IMG/VR virus record: IMGVR_UViG_3300017779_004709
Coordinates: 27,361-91,360 of that record
Direction: 5' to 3' (one strand)
DNA: 64,000 bases
From: a virus
Shown: piece by piece, positions 28,133 through 38,090 of the stretch
Layout of the letters: each line of letters opens with the position of its first letter
Numbering within the stretch: position 1 is the first letter of the stretch
The notes under the pieces: model-generated
The model's database searches: none
What the model saw: the letters and a program-made list of their open reading frames with translations, nothing else
What the model was told of the DNA's origin: nothing
Made by a program: the position numbers and the translations under genes

Positions 28133-28932
28133 GAATAGAACAGGCATATATTTCACCATCGTTATCACATTTCAAAAATGAATTTTTGGAATGTTGGAAT
28201 TTAAAAGATTATGATAATTCAGAAGAACCTGCACTATTTTGGGGATTATATCCTGATTGGGATGGAGAGTTAGAATGTGAGAAAAATTCTTCATCAGATG
28301 TAGATGTCTATAACAATCACATCGGTTTTAAAGTTTTAATTCCTGGTGGGGTTGAATGGACACGAGGTATGTTTGATCTAATAGATACTGAAAATATTAA
28401 TTTGGTAGCTGTTGATGAGATTGAAATCGATTTAAATAAAAAGTATAATCTTCCACATAAATTTTTAAAAATCCCATACTTTGATTTTGAGAAATACGAA
28501 CCTACGATTTTGGGTGATAAGATATATTCTCATATACCACTAAGAGAAAATAGTGGAGATTGGGGAAAAAATTTTGAAAAAATGTTTCATTATGATAAAT
28601 TGATGAATTTATTTGGAGAGGATAGGTTTTGTTTTCCCAAAGAATGGGTAACGCCACAAGAATGTATTAAATATTTTAATCAGAGTTTTGTTAACATAAA
28701 ACCACATCTAATTAGAGGATTTAATACATCTTGGAAGTTGGGAAGTATGGGTAGAAATACAATTACTACCAATATAACGAGTGCACCAAATTATTTACAT
28801 TATGATTCTGATGATGAATTAAAAAGATTAGTAGATGAAGAATCAAAAAAGATTGGAACTATACAAGAGAATAAATTGTGGGATTACTTTCATCAATCCG
28901 ATGATTGGTTAAACGAGGAGTATTGGAAATGA
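28129..28932 (+). CDS. Hypothetical protein, possibly GT-B-like
   Basis: Coupled 267-aa ORF inside the glyco island. Confidence 0.5.
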   Translation: MRIEQAYISPSLSHFKNEFLECWNLKDYDNSEEPALFWGLYPDWDGELECEKNSSSDVDVYNNHIGFKVLIPGGVEWTRGMFDLIDTENINLVAVDEIEIDLNKKYNLPHKFLKIPYFDFEKYEPTILGDKIYSHIPLRENSGDWGKNFEKMFHYDKLMNLFGEDRFCFPKEWVTPQECIKYFNQSFVNIKPHLIRGFNTSWKLGSMGRNTITTNITSAPNYLHYDSDDELKRLVDEESKKIGTIQENKLWDYFHQSDDWLNEEYWK

Positions 28933-29657
28933 AATTATACACTAATGGATGTAGTTTTGTTTGGGGAGACGAATTAAAGGATAGAGAAAACGAAGCTTTT
29001 CCATTTTTATTACAAAAGAGGTTAGGATGTGAATTGTTACAAGAATCATCTTGTGGTTCAAACAACCAACGAATACTTAGGAGTACAATAGGATTACCAG
29101 ATCATAGGGCACGTGAAGAAAGTGATAGAGATTATAAACTTCACGAGAAATTTACAAAGGATGATTTTGTGATAATCGGTTGGAGTTCAATATATAGATA
29201 TGAATATTATTCAGATGAGTTATGGAATGAAGTTATACCATTTAATGGTGAGAAATTTAAAGTTATAAAGTATTTTAAGGAAGAATGGTTTATTGTAAAT
29301 TTTCTCAATCAAGTTTTAGCATTACAGAATTATTTAAAATATCATAATATTCCATTCTTCTTTTTTCTATCTTTTGCAGGTGCACCTGTTTATGGTGTAA
29401 AAGATTATGGGTATGATGAAAGAAATGCAGTTTTTCCTGATAAACCAATAGTGGATTGGGTGGATTATTATAGTGAGTTTTTTGAATTGGTAGACAGAGA
29501 AACATTTCCAAGTCTATTTAATAATGATTTGGTTTTTAGGGATTATTGTTTTGGACACGGAGAAGAAATGGTATCTGGACTCGATGGACACCCTACAAAA
29601 GAATCACATAAATTATGGGCAGATTATTTATATGAAAATAGCGGCATCGCAAAGTAA
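28929..29657 (+). CDS. SGNH-like protein (DUF6071-like)
   Basis: YTNGCSF, GSNN, IGWS, DGHPT. Confidence 0.65.
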   Translation: MKLYTNGCSFVWGDELKDRENEAFPFLLQKRLGCELLQESSCGSNNQRILRSTIGLPDHRAREESDRDYKLHEKFTKDDFVIIGWSSIYRYEYYSDELWNEVIPFNGEKFKVIKYFKEEWFIVNFLNQVLALQNYLKYHNIPFFFFLSFAGAPVYGVKDYGYDERNAVFPDKPIVDWVDYYSEFFELVDRETFPSLFNNDLVFRDYCFGHGEEMVSGLDGHPTKESHKLWADYLYENSGIAK

Positions 29658-30258
29658 TTATTTACCTTGGACAGGAATGTTCGAGCTAATCAACTCAGTT
29701 GATAAGTTTGTATTTTTTGATACATTACAATTTACAAAGAAGGATTGGAGAACAAGAAATCTAATAAAGTCTACTCATGGCGAAATGTGGTTGAATGTAC
29801 CAGTTCATAAAGAAAATATAAATACTAATATTATAGACATAAAAATAGATAATGGACAGAAATGGCGTGAAAAACATTATAAGAGTTTTTACAATTTTTA
29901 TTCTCGGTCTAAGTATTTTAGTGAGTATAAGTATTTATTAGATTATTTAAAAATGGATTGGAAATTTTTATATGACTTAAATAGATATACTATGGAATCA
30001 ATTTGTGATGCACTTGAAATAAAAACAGAGATATATTATTCAGAGAAAATTAATTTAAAATCCAATGATAAAAATGGTAGAATATTGGAAGTGGTAAAGG
30101 AACTTGATGGGGATCATTATATAACAGGACCAAAGGCAAAAAATTATATTGATGAGGGATTATTTGGTAATGTTGAATTAGAATATATGAAATATAAAAC
30201 AAAAAACAATTTTACAGTATTAGATAATATTTTTAATAATGGAGTAAATATATTATGA
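29632..30258 (+). CDS. WbqC-like protein
   Basis: QSNYLPW, FVFFDTLQF...WRTRN, WLNVPV, YITGP. Confidence 0.85.
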   Translation: MKIAASQSNYLPWTGMFELINSVDKFVFFDTLQFTKKDWRTRNLIKSTHGEMWLNVPVHKENINTNIIDIKIDNGQKWREKHYKSFYNFYSRSKYFSEYKYLLDYLKMDWKFLYDLNRYTMESICDALEIKTEIYYSEKINLKSNDKNGRILEVVKELDGDHYITGPKAKNYIDEGLFGNVELEYMKYKTKNNFTVLDNIFNNGVNIL

Positions 30259-30848
30259 ATCCGTATGAAGCAGTAAGAGAGTTCGAATCTCAATTAAGTG
30301 ATTACACAGGTGCACCTTATGTGGTTTGTGTGGATAGTTCAACTGATGCATTATTTCTATGTTGTTACAGATTGAAAGTTGATGTTGTTACAATTCCTAA
30401 ACACACATATTTATCTGTTCCTATGTCAGTTATTCATTCGGGTGGTCAAGTAGAGTTTGAGGATTTAGAGTGGAGTGGTATTTACCAACTTAAACCATAT
30501 CCAATATGGGATTCTGCCAAAAGAATGAAAAGGAATATGTATGTTAAAGGTAGTTATATGACATTATCTTTTCATATACAAAAACATATTCCTATTGGAA
30601 AGGGTGGGGCGATTCTATGTGATAATAAGGATGATTATGAATGGTTTAAGAAGGCACGATATGAAGGTAGAAGTGAAGTCTCATATCACGAAGATGATAT
30701 AGAATTTTGTGGTTGGAATATGTACATGACACCACAAGAGGCAGTTCGTGGTATGGAATTACTTCGAGGTCTGCCCGATGATAGTGACGATTTGGTAGAA
30801 AATCCACCATATAGGGATTTGACCACATTCAAGGTTTTTAAAAAATGA
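30255..30848 (+). CDS. Short DegT/DnrJ-like sugar aminotransferase
   Basis: FE..L..Y.G, SSTDAL, SFHIQKHIPIGKGG, GWNMYM. Confidence 0.75.
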   Translation: MNPYEAVREFESQLSDYTGAPYVVCVDSSTDALFLCCYRLKVDVVTIPKHTYLSVPMSVIHSGGQVEFEDLEWSGIYQLKPYPIWDSAKRMKRNMYVKGSYMTLSFHIQKHIPIGKGGAILCDNKDDYEWFKKARYEGRSEVSYHEDDIEFCGWNMYMTPQEAVRGMELLRGLPDDSDDLVENPPYRDLTTFKVFKK

Positions 30849-31831
30849 TAATACTACATAGAGACAATAATATTTATGATGTACCGAAAGGGTGGTTGGT
30901 AGACAATCGATACAATTGGGATTTATGTGGATTTTATCACGAAAAATTTGAAGCATATTTTGCAAACGCTAACATTGATTATAGATTATCTTATTACGAA
31001 GATTATCCAAATGTAGATGGTTCACATTTTATTGGTAGGTTTGCACATGAACGAGGTGATAAAGAATTACATCAAAAATATTATTATGAATTGGAAAAGA
31101 GATTTGATAACATCTGGCCCAATTTCATGACATATAGATTGTATGATGATAAACCAAGAGAAATGGAATATTTGGATTCTATCGGATACTCAAAGTATAC
31201 TGATTATAAAGTTGTAAATAATATAGATGAGTTGTGTGATGTTGTTCAAGTTGGAGATATCGTAAAATCACATACAGGTGCAAGTAGTGATAATGTATTT
31301 TGTGTTACAGAAAAGAAATATTGTGAGTATGGTGAGTTGGTAAATATATTAAACGATACATACTCTAAAGTTGATAATTTTTTTCCAGCCATTATTCAAC
31401 CTTATTTTGAAGGCCTAATGTATAAAATTCATTTGACTAATTATGGGATACATTCGAAAGTATTTGATTATGAACAAGATTTATCACATCCATTAAATTT
31501 TGGTGTTGGTAATCCAAAAGTAGATTGGAAATCACGATATAATTATAGTTCTGAAAGATGTTATTGTATATCTGAAAGTAGATTAAAAAATATGGATATT
31601 ATTTTTGATTTACTCGAAATAAAAAAAATTATGAATACACCTAATATAACATTCGATGTTATTGATAATAAAATATTAGAATTCACTTATCTGTGGTCAC
31701 CAAGTTTACCACATAAAAATGAGTATGGTTTTTATAATCTCGATACTCGTAAGTTTGAAACAATAGAAGAAGAACAATATTTTCTCGGTCATGAACAAGT
31801 TAATTCTGTAATCAAGGAGTTTAATTTATGA
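30845..31831 (+). CDS. ATP-grasp-like protein
   Basis: YDDK, IVKSHTGASSDNVF, IIQPY, FDVI...ILEF. Confidence 0.5.
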   Translation: MIILHRDNNIYDVPKGWLVDNRYNWDLCGFYHEKFEAYFANANIDYRLSYYEDYPNVDGSHFIGRFAHERGDKELHQKYYYELEKRFDNIWPNFMTYRLYDDKPREMEYLDSIGYSKYTDYKVVNNIDELCDVVQVGDIVKSHTGASSDNVFCVTEKKYCEYGELVNILNDTYSKVDNFFPAIIQPYFEGLMYKIHLTNYGIHSKVFDYEQDLSHPLNFGVGNPKVDWKSRYNYSSERCYCISESRLKNMDIIFDLLEIKKIMNTPNITFDVIDNKILEFTYLWSPSLPHKNEYGFYNLDTRKFETIEEEQYFLGHEQVNSVIKEFNL

Positions 31832-32988
31832 TAGGTCAAAGATACTACATTGCTGAAATATCATATTCAAAAATAAAAGAACAACAAGAGAAATATAATA
31901 TAACAGAATTAAATATATTTTGGGAAAAGGGTAATCCAACAAATATGAGATTTTTTGAAATATATGACAAGGGTGAGTTGGTTTCGTTCTTTAGACTCAG
32001 AAATAAACATGGTATTACTATGGTTGGAAATGTGTTTACCTTTCCACAACATAGAAGAAAGGGTTATTCAAAAATACTGCATTATATTATTATAAAAATT
32101 GTTAAAGATTTGTACCCTAAGACCGAAATCTTAGCCACACAAACAGAAACGGATAATATTAATAATATAACAGCAACGAGAATTTGGGGTGAAGAAAATC
32201 GTAGAGAGGAAACCAACGAACCTAACAGATTTGGTATTATTGATTGGGCATATGAACCACCGAAAGGATTTGTGGATTACATTTACTATGATGATTTATC
32301 AAACATATATAATCGTAATGTAGACGATATAACAGAGTTATGGGATGAATTACCATTAGATAACTTGGTTAAACTGGCTTTAAATCCAATTCCGAGGTTA
32401 CAACACGAAAATGCACCAAAAGATGTAGAACAAGAATTAATAAAAAAATATGGTATTCAACAATATGGATATGGAACTGTCCCTGCAAAAGTTTTAGATA
32501 TTTTCTTTTTGAAACTCCTTATTACTAAAGATGATGTTTTTTACGATTTGGGTTCTGGATCTGGACTCGTATTAATTCATTTTTCACAAAATACACAGGC
32601 CAAAGGAATTGGAATTGAGATAGTACCTGATAGAGTTGTAGAATCCAATAAACATAAGGATAGGTTAAAATTAGAAAATATTTATTTTAAACAAGGAAAT
32701 GTTTTGGATTATGATATTTCTGATGGTAATATTTTTTTTATGTTTAATCCATTTACAATTGAAATTCTAAAAAAGGTAAATGAAAAGTTAAAGAAAATTT
32801 CAAAACAAAAATTTATTAAACTTGCGGTTTTTGGAACTCCTTGTGTAGATTTTTTTAAAAGTCAAGATTGGTTAGAAACAACTTTTCGTACAGAAACTAA
32901 TTGTGTTGGAAATACAGAACCTATATTTATATTTGAATCTCTTACATATTTTACAAAATCAGAATATAAAAAAAAGTACAGAAAATGA
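31828..32988 (+). CDS. GNAT acetyltransferase fused to a DOT1-like class I methyltransferase
   Basis: VFTFPQHRRKGYS (acetyl-CoA motif); YG...DDVFYDLGSGSG, GIEI, FMFNPF. Confidence 0.7.
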   Translation: MIGQRYYIAEISYSKIKEQQEKYNITELNIFWEKGNPTNMRFFEIYDKGELVSFFRLRNKHGITMVGNVFTFPQHRRKGYSKILHYIIIKIVKDLYPKTEILATQTETDNINNITATRIWGEENRREETNEPNRFGIIDWAYEPPKGFVDYIYYDDLSNIYNRNVDDITELWDELPLDNLVKLALNPIPRLQHENAPKDVEQELIKKYGIQQYGYGTVPAKVLDIFFLKLLITKDDVFYDLGSGSGLVLIHFSQNTQAKGIGIEIVPDRVVESNKHKDRLKLENIYFKQGNVLDYDISDGNIFFMFNPFTIEILKKVNEKLKKISKQKFIKLAVFGTPCVDFFKSQDWLETTFRTETNCVGNTEPIFIFESLTYFTKSEYKKKYRK

Positions 32989-33617
32989 AATATTTATTCG
33001 TAATTTATACTGATTTAGAGTATAATAAACATTTAGACAATTTTAAAACCCAAGAGTTTTATAAACAAATTTGTGATGATCCGAATATAGAGGTTATGGA
33101 GTGGGGTTCAGATTTTCATACAGATTATAAAGATTTACCATCCAAAACTCAAAAAATGATGAAGTGGTGTAGTGAAAATAAGGAATATGATTATTTGATA
33201 AAATGTGATGATACCATTTTTGAAGATAAGTGGAATTTCTATGAACCTAAACTTACATATGAGAATATTTTTGTTAATGGTAGGGATGGTAATTCTTATT
33301 CATGTCCCTCATATGGACATGATGGTGGAGAGTGGATAGTTGTTGGTAAAGATACTAATAAAGATTATTGGGGTATTAATTGTTTACAATTAGGAGAGAA
33401 AGATTGGAAAAACTATGTAAAATCTCATGATGATATTGAAAAATTAGATTTTGGTTTTATTAAAAATGACATTCCATTTTTTGAGGGAAAATTTTATGTA
33501 GTTTCAAAAGATTTTAGTATATTTATAGGTGGACAGGAAAGTTTCGCGAAAGAATATCAAAAGAACATGCCCGGTATTGAGGATTTTATGGTGGGTTATT
33601 TAGCAGAGTTATTTTAA
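32985..33617 (+). CDS. GT31/Fringe-like glycosyltransferase
   Basis: YKDLPSKT, YDYLIKCDD, G.FYVVS, EDFMVG. Confidence 0.7.
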   Translation: MKYLFVIYTDLEYNKHLDNFKTQEFYKQICDDPNIEVMEWGSDFHTDYKDLPSKTQKMMKWCSENKEYDYLIKCDDTIFEDKWNFYEPKLTYENIFVNGRDGNSYSCPSYGHDGGEWIVVGKDTNKDYWGINCLQLGEKDWKNYVKSHDDIEKLDFGFIKNDIPFFEGKFYVVSKDFSIFIGGQESFAKEYQKNMPGIEDFMVGYLAELF

Positions 33618-34411
33618 TGAAAAAGGTTTTTGTAGCATTAGCAGATAAAAAATTTATAGAACACACTAAGAGTTTGTTTCATAGTGCCAAAGTAGATGGT
33701 GAGTGGGATGGTGATTTTGTGCTGATTGTTCCTGAAGAAGATAGAGGTACATTTGATGAAAAAGAATTTACGGACAAGGGAGTAGAAATTTTTTTTGGTA
33801 AAAACTTACCTGGTAATCCAAGTGCACATTATTACAAATATTATTTGTGGACAGAGTATTTTAAAAAATGGGATTGGATTTTCTATTGTGATGTAGATGT
33901 ATTATTTTTTAATAAGATAAATTTTGATTTAACTAATAGAAAAAAAGATATTTTATATACCAACGATTGTAATGGAACTAAACTTAATGAACAATTTAAA
34001 AAAGATGAGATGACCGATAAGTGGTCAGATTTACCATCCTTTCAGAGTTGTTTTATGTTATTTCATAAGAATCTAATACAAGATAATATATTTGATAACT
34101 TATTAAAATTACATTATGAATATTATGTTTATTATGATTTAATATTGGATGGGTTGACCGAAGAACAATCTATTTTAAATGTAGGATTTTTAGATAAATG
34201 GGAAGAGCTTGGGGGTGAGTTTTTAAATGCTTATCCAAGAGCACAAGAAGTGAAATGGGAAACAGAGAAAATGAAAACTCCCTATCAAGACACGAGAGAT
34301 TATAAATCTGAAGGTGTTACTGCATTACATTTTTATCAATTTTTTCAACCTTGGTCGGAACATAATTTAAGATTTAATCCGATATGGAAAAAGTATAATG
34401 AACAATTTTGA
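33617..34411 (+). CDS. GT8-like glycosyltransferase
   Basis: FYCDVDVL, FQSCFML, EQSILN, LHF. Confidence 0.75.
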   Translation: MKKVFVALADKKFIEHTKSLFHSAKVDGEWDGDFVLIVPEEDRGTFDEKEFTDKGVEIFFGKNLPGNPSAHYYKYYLWTEYFKKWDWIFYCDVDVLFFNKINFDLTNRKKDILYTNDCNGTKLNEQFKKDEMTDKWSDLPSFQSCFMLFHKNLIQDNIFDNLLKLHYEYYVYYDLILDGLTEEQSILNVGFLDKWEELGGEFLNAYPRAQEVKWETEKMKTPYQDTRDYKSEGVTALHFYQFFQPWSEHNLRFNPIWKKYNEQF

Positions 34412-36101
34412 TAATCATATCATAAGTTTAGAGAGTCGTGATCACGAGTATTATCATCCAAATGGTGAAGTGTGGCAAAAATATTCAGTTATAAATGGTG
34501 TTTTAGAAGGAGAATATTCAGAATTCCATGCTAATGGTAATATAATGAAAAATGGTATTTATGAGAATGGTAAAAAACAAAGAAGATGGACTTGTTGGCA
34601 CGACAACGGAAAGATTTGGTATATAAATTCGTATTTAGATGGTATATTACATGGAGAGTGTAGTTCATATAGAGGTGATGGTGGGATAGAGTTTAAAGGT
34701 GAATACAATAACGGAATAAAATGTGGAGAATGGGAAATAAATCACGATAATGGTAATAGAGATGAACATGGAAGTTTTAAAGACGGATTAAAAGATGGGG
34801 TATGGCATAGATATCACTATGAAACAGGTAACAAATACTACGAATCAGAATTTGTAAAGGATAAAGAAATAGGACTGAAAACAGAGTATTACTTGGGTGG
34901 AGAATTAAGAAGGAAGTTTTATATAGAAGATTCTATAAAAAATGGGGAATACATTGAGTATGATAAAACAAGTGGTAAGGTTTGTCAAGAGGGATTTTAC
35001 AAAAACGATAAAATAAGCGGTGAATGGAAAGTTTATTATTCACACAATAATATTTGTTCCATACAAAATTATACTGAAGGTATTTTGAATGGAGACTCAA
35101 CTGAATTTTATGAAACAGGTGAAAAGAGACTTGAATCATTTTATGTGTTTGGAAAGTTAACTAATGATTGGATTCACTTTTATGAAAGTGGTGCAATTAG
35201 AGAAAAGACTACTTATAAAAATAATAAGATTCACGGAGATTATATATCTTTCCACGAAAATCGTGCTGAATGGCAAAAAACGAAATATGAAAATGGAAAA
35301 ATTGTAGGTCAGTATTTGGAGTTTTTTCCAAATGGGGTTTTAAATGCAGAGGGAAATTATCATAATGGGCGGAAAACAGGTGAATGGACTTTTCATTATG
35401 ACGATGGTGATGTTCAAAGTATAAGTAATTATGAAGATAACAAAAGGAATGGATTGACAACAAATTATCATCGAGACTCAAAGAAATCATCTGAGGGTGA
35501 GTATAAAAATGGTAAAAAGGTAGGAGAGTGGGAATACATATCTTGGGATGATGAGGTTGATACTAAAAATTATGTTAATGGAATACAGGTAGGTAAATGG
35601 AGAAGTTTAGATAGTGATGGAAAATTATTGTTTTCAGGTTTGTTAGATTCGGATGGGGTAGAGTTAGAGAAAACCACATATCATTTACACAACCAACAAG
35701 TTCACATACAAGAAAAGAAAAAACGAATTAACAAGTCAGGAAAAAGTAAGTTGGTAATGAGAGAAGAATATAATTCAACTGGAGTTAGAACAGAATTATT
35801 AAAGGTTGATTTGAAAACCGATACATCAAATCATAAATCTTGGTTTAATCACGGAGTACTAAAAAAAGAACACAAAATAAAAAACGGTAAATATATAGGT
35901 AACTATTTAGAAAAATTTGCTAACGATACTACCAGAGGAAAGGGTGTTATGAAAGATGGAGAAATGGATGGTAAATGGACATTTTGGCACCACAATGGAC
36001 AAAAAGAGTGTGAGGTTATCTGTAAAAATGGAGAACTTATTAAGGGCACAGTTTGGGACGATGATGGGAATGTGAAAGAAGGCACAAGGTTTAATTTCTA
36101 A
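34398..36101 (+). CDS. MORN-variant repeat (YwqK-like) protein
   Basis: Many ~24-aa repeats of the form Y/H.NG...G.Y.NG...G.W. Confidence 0.85.
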   Translation: MNNFDNHIISLESRDHEYYHPNGEVWQKYSVINGVLEGEYSEFHANGNIMKNGIYENGKKQRRWTCWHDNGKIWYINSYLDGILHGECSSYRGDGGIEFKGEYNNGIKCGEWEINHDNGNRDEHGSFKDGLKDGVWHRYHYETGNKYYESEFVKDKEIGLKTEYYLGGELRRKFYIEDSIKNGEYIEYDKTSGKVCQEGFYKNDKISGEWKVYYSHNNICSIQNYTEGILNGDSTEFYETGEKRLESFYVFGKLTNDWIHFYESGAIREKTTYKNNKIHGDYISFHENRAEWQKTKYENGKIVGQYLEFFPNGVLNAEGNYHNGRKTGEWTFHYDDGDVQSISNYEDNKRNGLTTNYHRDSKKSSEGEYKNGKKVGEWEYISWDDEVDTKNYVNGIQVGKWRSLDSDGKLLFSGLLDSDGVELEKTTYHLHNQQVHIQEKKKRINKSGKSKLVMREEYNSTGVRTELLKVDLKTDTSNHKSWFNHGVLKKEHKIKNGKYIGNYLEKFANDTTRGKGVMKDGEMDGKWTFWHHNGQKECEVICKNGELIKGTVWDDDGNVKEGTRFNF

Positions 36102-36102
36102 A

Positions 36103-37353
36103 ATGAATTATAAAAAAATTCCTGATAACGATAATGCTATAATGATAGATGGAAAAGTCGTGATGTCATTTGATCCACGATACAAAGAATATCTGAAATG
36201 GAAAAATGATAATCCAGAACTTGAAGAGCAATTAGTTGATGAATTAGATTTAAAGATAGGTATAGCTAAACGATATAATAATGGTGCACCACATAAAGAG
36301 GATTCACCATTACAAAAGTTATTTTCTCATAGTGTTCAAGTTTGGACTTGGTATGACAAGGGTGGTAATTTAATTTTAAAGTCTGAAATGCAAAGGGATG
36401 TAAATCATGGAAAGCAATATGCATATTTCTCCAATGGTAATCTTAAATCTGAAATAGAATACATCGAAGGTAAGAAGAATGGTAAGTTTATCGAATGGAA
36501 TTCTGAAAAAGTAAAAATTATGGAAGGGGAATATAAAAATGAAAAACGAGTGGGTGAGTGGTTGTTTAATTATGACTCTGGTAAGCCAAAATGGATAGGT
36601 CAGTATAAAAATGATGTTATAGTTGAGGAATTGATACAATATGAAGAAAGTGGTAATATCCTATCGGTAGAAAATTTTAAAGATGGTAAACTTAATGGAC
36701 CTTTTGAATATTTTCAGAACGGAAAACTCCGTGAGGTAGGTCATATGGTGGATAACAAAAAAAATGGAGAAGTTAAAGCATATTGGGTAAATCAAAATTT
36801 AAAAAGAATTGAAAATTTTAAAATGGGTATAGCAGAAGGGGAATTTAAAGAGTTCTTTATTGGTGGAACTTTGATGAGTTCTGGTAAAACTAAGTTAGGA
36901 TTACCGAGAGGAACTTGGCAGTGGTATTATGAAAATGAAAAACTAAAAAGAGAAATGGTTTATACAGATGGAGTTCGTACAAAAAGCAGTGAATGGGATA
37001 AGAAGGGTAATATGTTATACGAACAAGAATGGAAAGGTAACATTCAACATGGTTCGTGTAAATATTGGAATATTCACGGATTGTTAGTTAAAAATTATAA
37101 TTATAGAAATGGTAAACTACATGGTAAGTTTACTGATTATTATCAAACAGGAGTTAATAGGTCAAGTGGTAATATGAAATATGATATGATGCAAGGAGAT
37201 TGGACTTTTTGGTTTCATAACGGAAAAAAGGAAGTAAGTTGTACCTTTAATCTTGGTACACCAACTGGAACTGCTAAAATATGGCACGATAATGGTACTC
37301 TTAAAAAAGTAATTAATGAAGAATGGTCACAATGGGATTCACACAAGTTATGA
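36103..37353 (+). CDS. MORN-variant repeat (YwqK-like) protein with a distinct N-terminal domain
   Basis: Same repeat type; N-terminal DPRYKEYLKW. Confidence 0.85.
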   Translation: MNYKKIPDNDNAIMIDGKVVMSFDPRYKEYLKWKNDNPELEEQLVDELDLKIGIAKRYNNGAPHKEDSPLQKLFSHSVQVWTWYDKGGNLILKSEMQRDVNHGKQYAYFSNGNLKSEIEYIEGKKNGKFIEWNSEKVKIMEGEYKNEKRVGEWLFNYDSGKPKWIGQYKNDVIVEELIQYEESGNILSVENFKDGKLNGPFEYFQNGKLREVGHMVDNKKNGEVKAYWVNQNLKRIENFKMGIAEGEFKEFFIGGTLMSSGKTKLGLPRGTWQWYYENEKLKREMVYTDGVRTKSSEWDKKGNMLYEQEWKGNIQHGSCKYWNIHGLLVKNYNYRNGKLHGKFTDYYQTGVNRSSGNMKYDMMQGDWTFWFHNGKKEVSCTFNLGTPTGTAKIWHDNGTLKKVINEEWSQWDSHKL

Positions 37354-38090
37354 AATCATATGTAATATATTTACCTAAGTTGAAATTGAGTAAAGATTCT
37401 GCACTAAATGTAATTAAAGTTGCAAAAGAAGTTGGTGGAATTGATGTAAATTTATGGGAAGGGGTAGATAAATTTAACTCTGAGGATTTACTTGATAAAT
37501 ATGATTATAATCCTGATATGAATAGATTTGTATCGTTTAGTAATTTTGAATCAGCTCTTGGATGTTTCTTTTCACACCACTCGTTATGGGAAGAATCGGT
37601 TAGGACTAATGAGAGAATAATGATATTAGAACACGACGCGATATTTTACAAAAAATTTGTTGATTGTGAATTTGAGGGTGTTTTAAATATTGGAAGTCCG
37701 TTATGGGGAAAGAGAGATTGGAAACAAACTTCTGATGGACTACACGAGAGAAATTGTAAAAATGAACACGACTTGTTTCATTCTGGTCATCCAGATTTCT
37801 GTCAATGTGATACACAATTTCTACATGGTGCACATGCATATATAGTTACACCTAAAGTATCTAAAATGTTATTAGAAAAGGCAAATATGGAAATAGTACC
37901 AGCAGATTGTTTTATAGAATCACATAAAGATGCAAATATCAGTATACCTGTGGCAGATTATTTACCACATTGTGTAAAACAAGTTCAAGAGTTTTCATTG
38001 ATACAAAATGAAATGGAAATACATTGGTGGTGGAAGATTAGAGATAAATTTTTACACGGAGAAAAAGCTTGGAGAAATTATGAAAGATAA
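37350..38090 (+). CDS. GT25-like glycosyltransferase
   Basis: YVIYL, GCFFSHHSLW, MILEHDA, GAHAYIVTP. Confidence 0.85.
   Translation: MKSYVIYLPKLKLSKDSALNVIKVAKEVGGIDVNLWEGVDKFNSEDLLDKYDYNPDMNRFVSFSNFESALGCFFSHHSLWEESVRTNERIMILEHDAIFYKKFVDCEFEGVLNIGSPLWGKRDWKQTSDGLHERNCKNEHDLFHSGHPDFCQCDTQFLHGAHAYIVTPKVSKMLLEKANMEIVPADCFIESHKDANISIPVADYLPHCVKQVQEFSLIQNEMEIHWWWKIRDKFLHGEKAWRNYER

Noticed and set aside
34398-37353. MORN repeats as DNA tandem repeats or a diversity-generating retroelement target
   Set aside because: The repeats are degenerate at DNA level, and no reverse transcriptase or TR/VR pair is seen.
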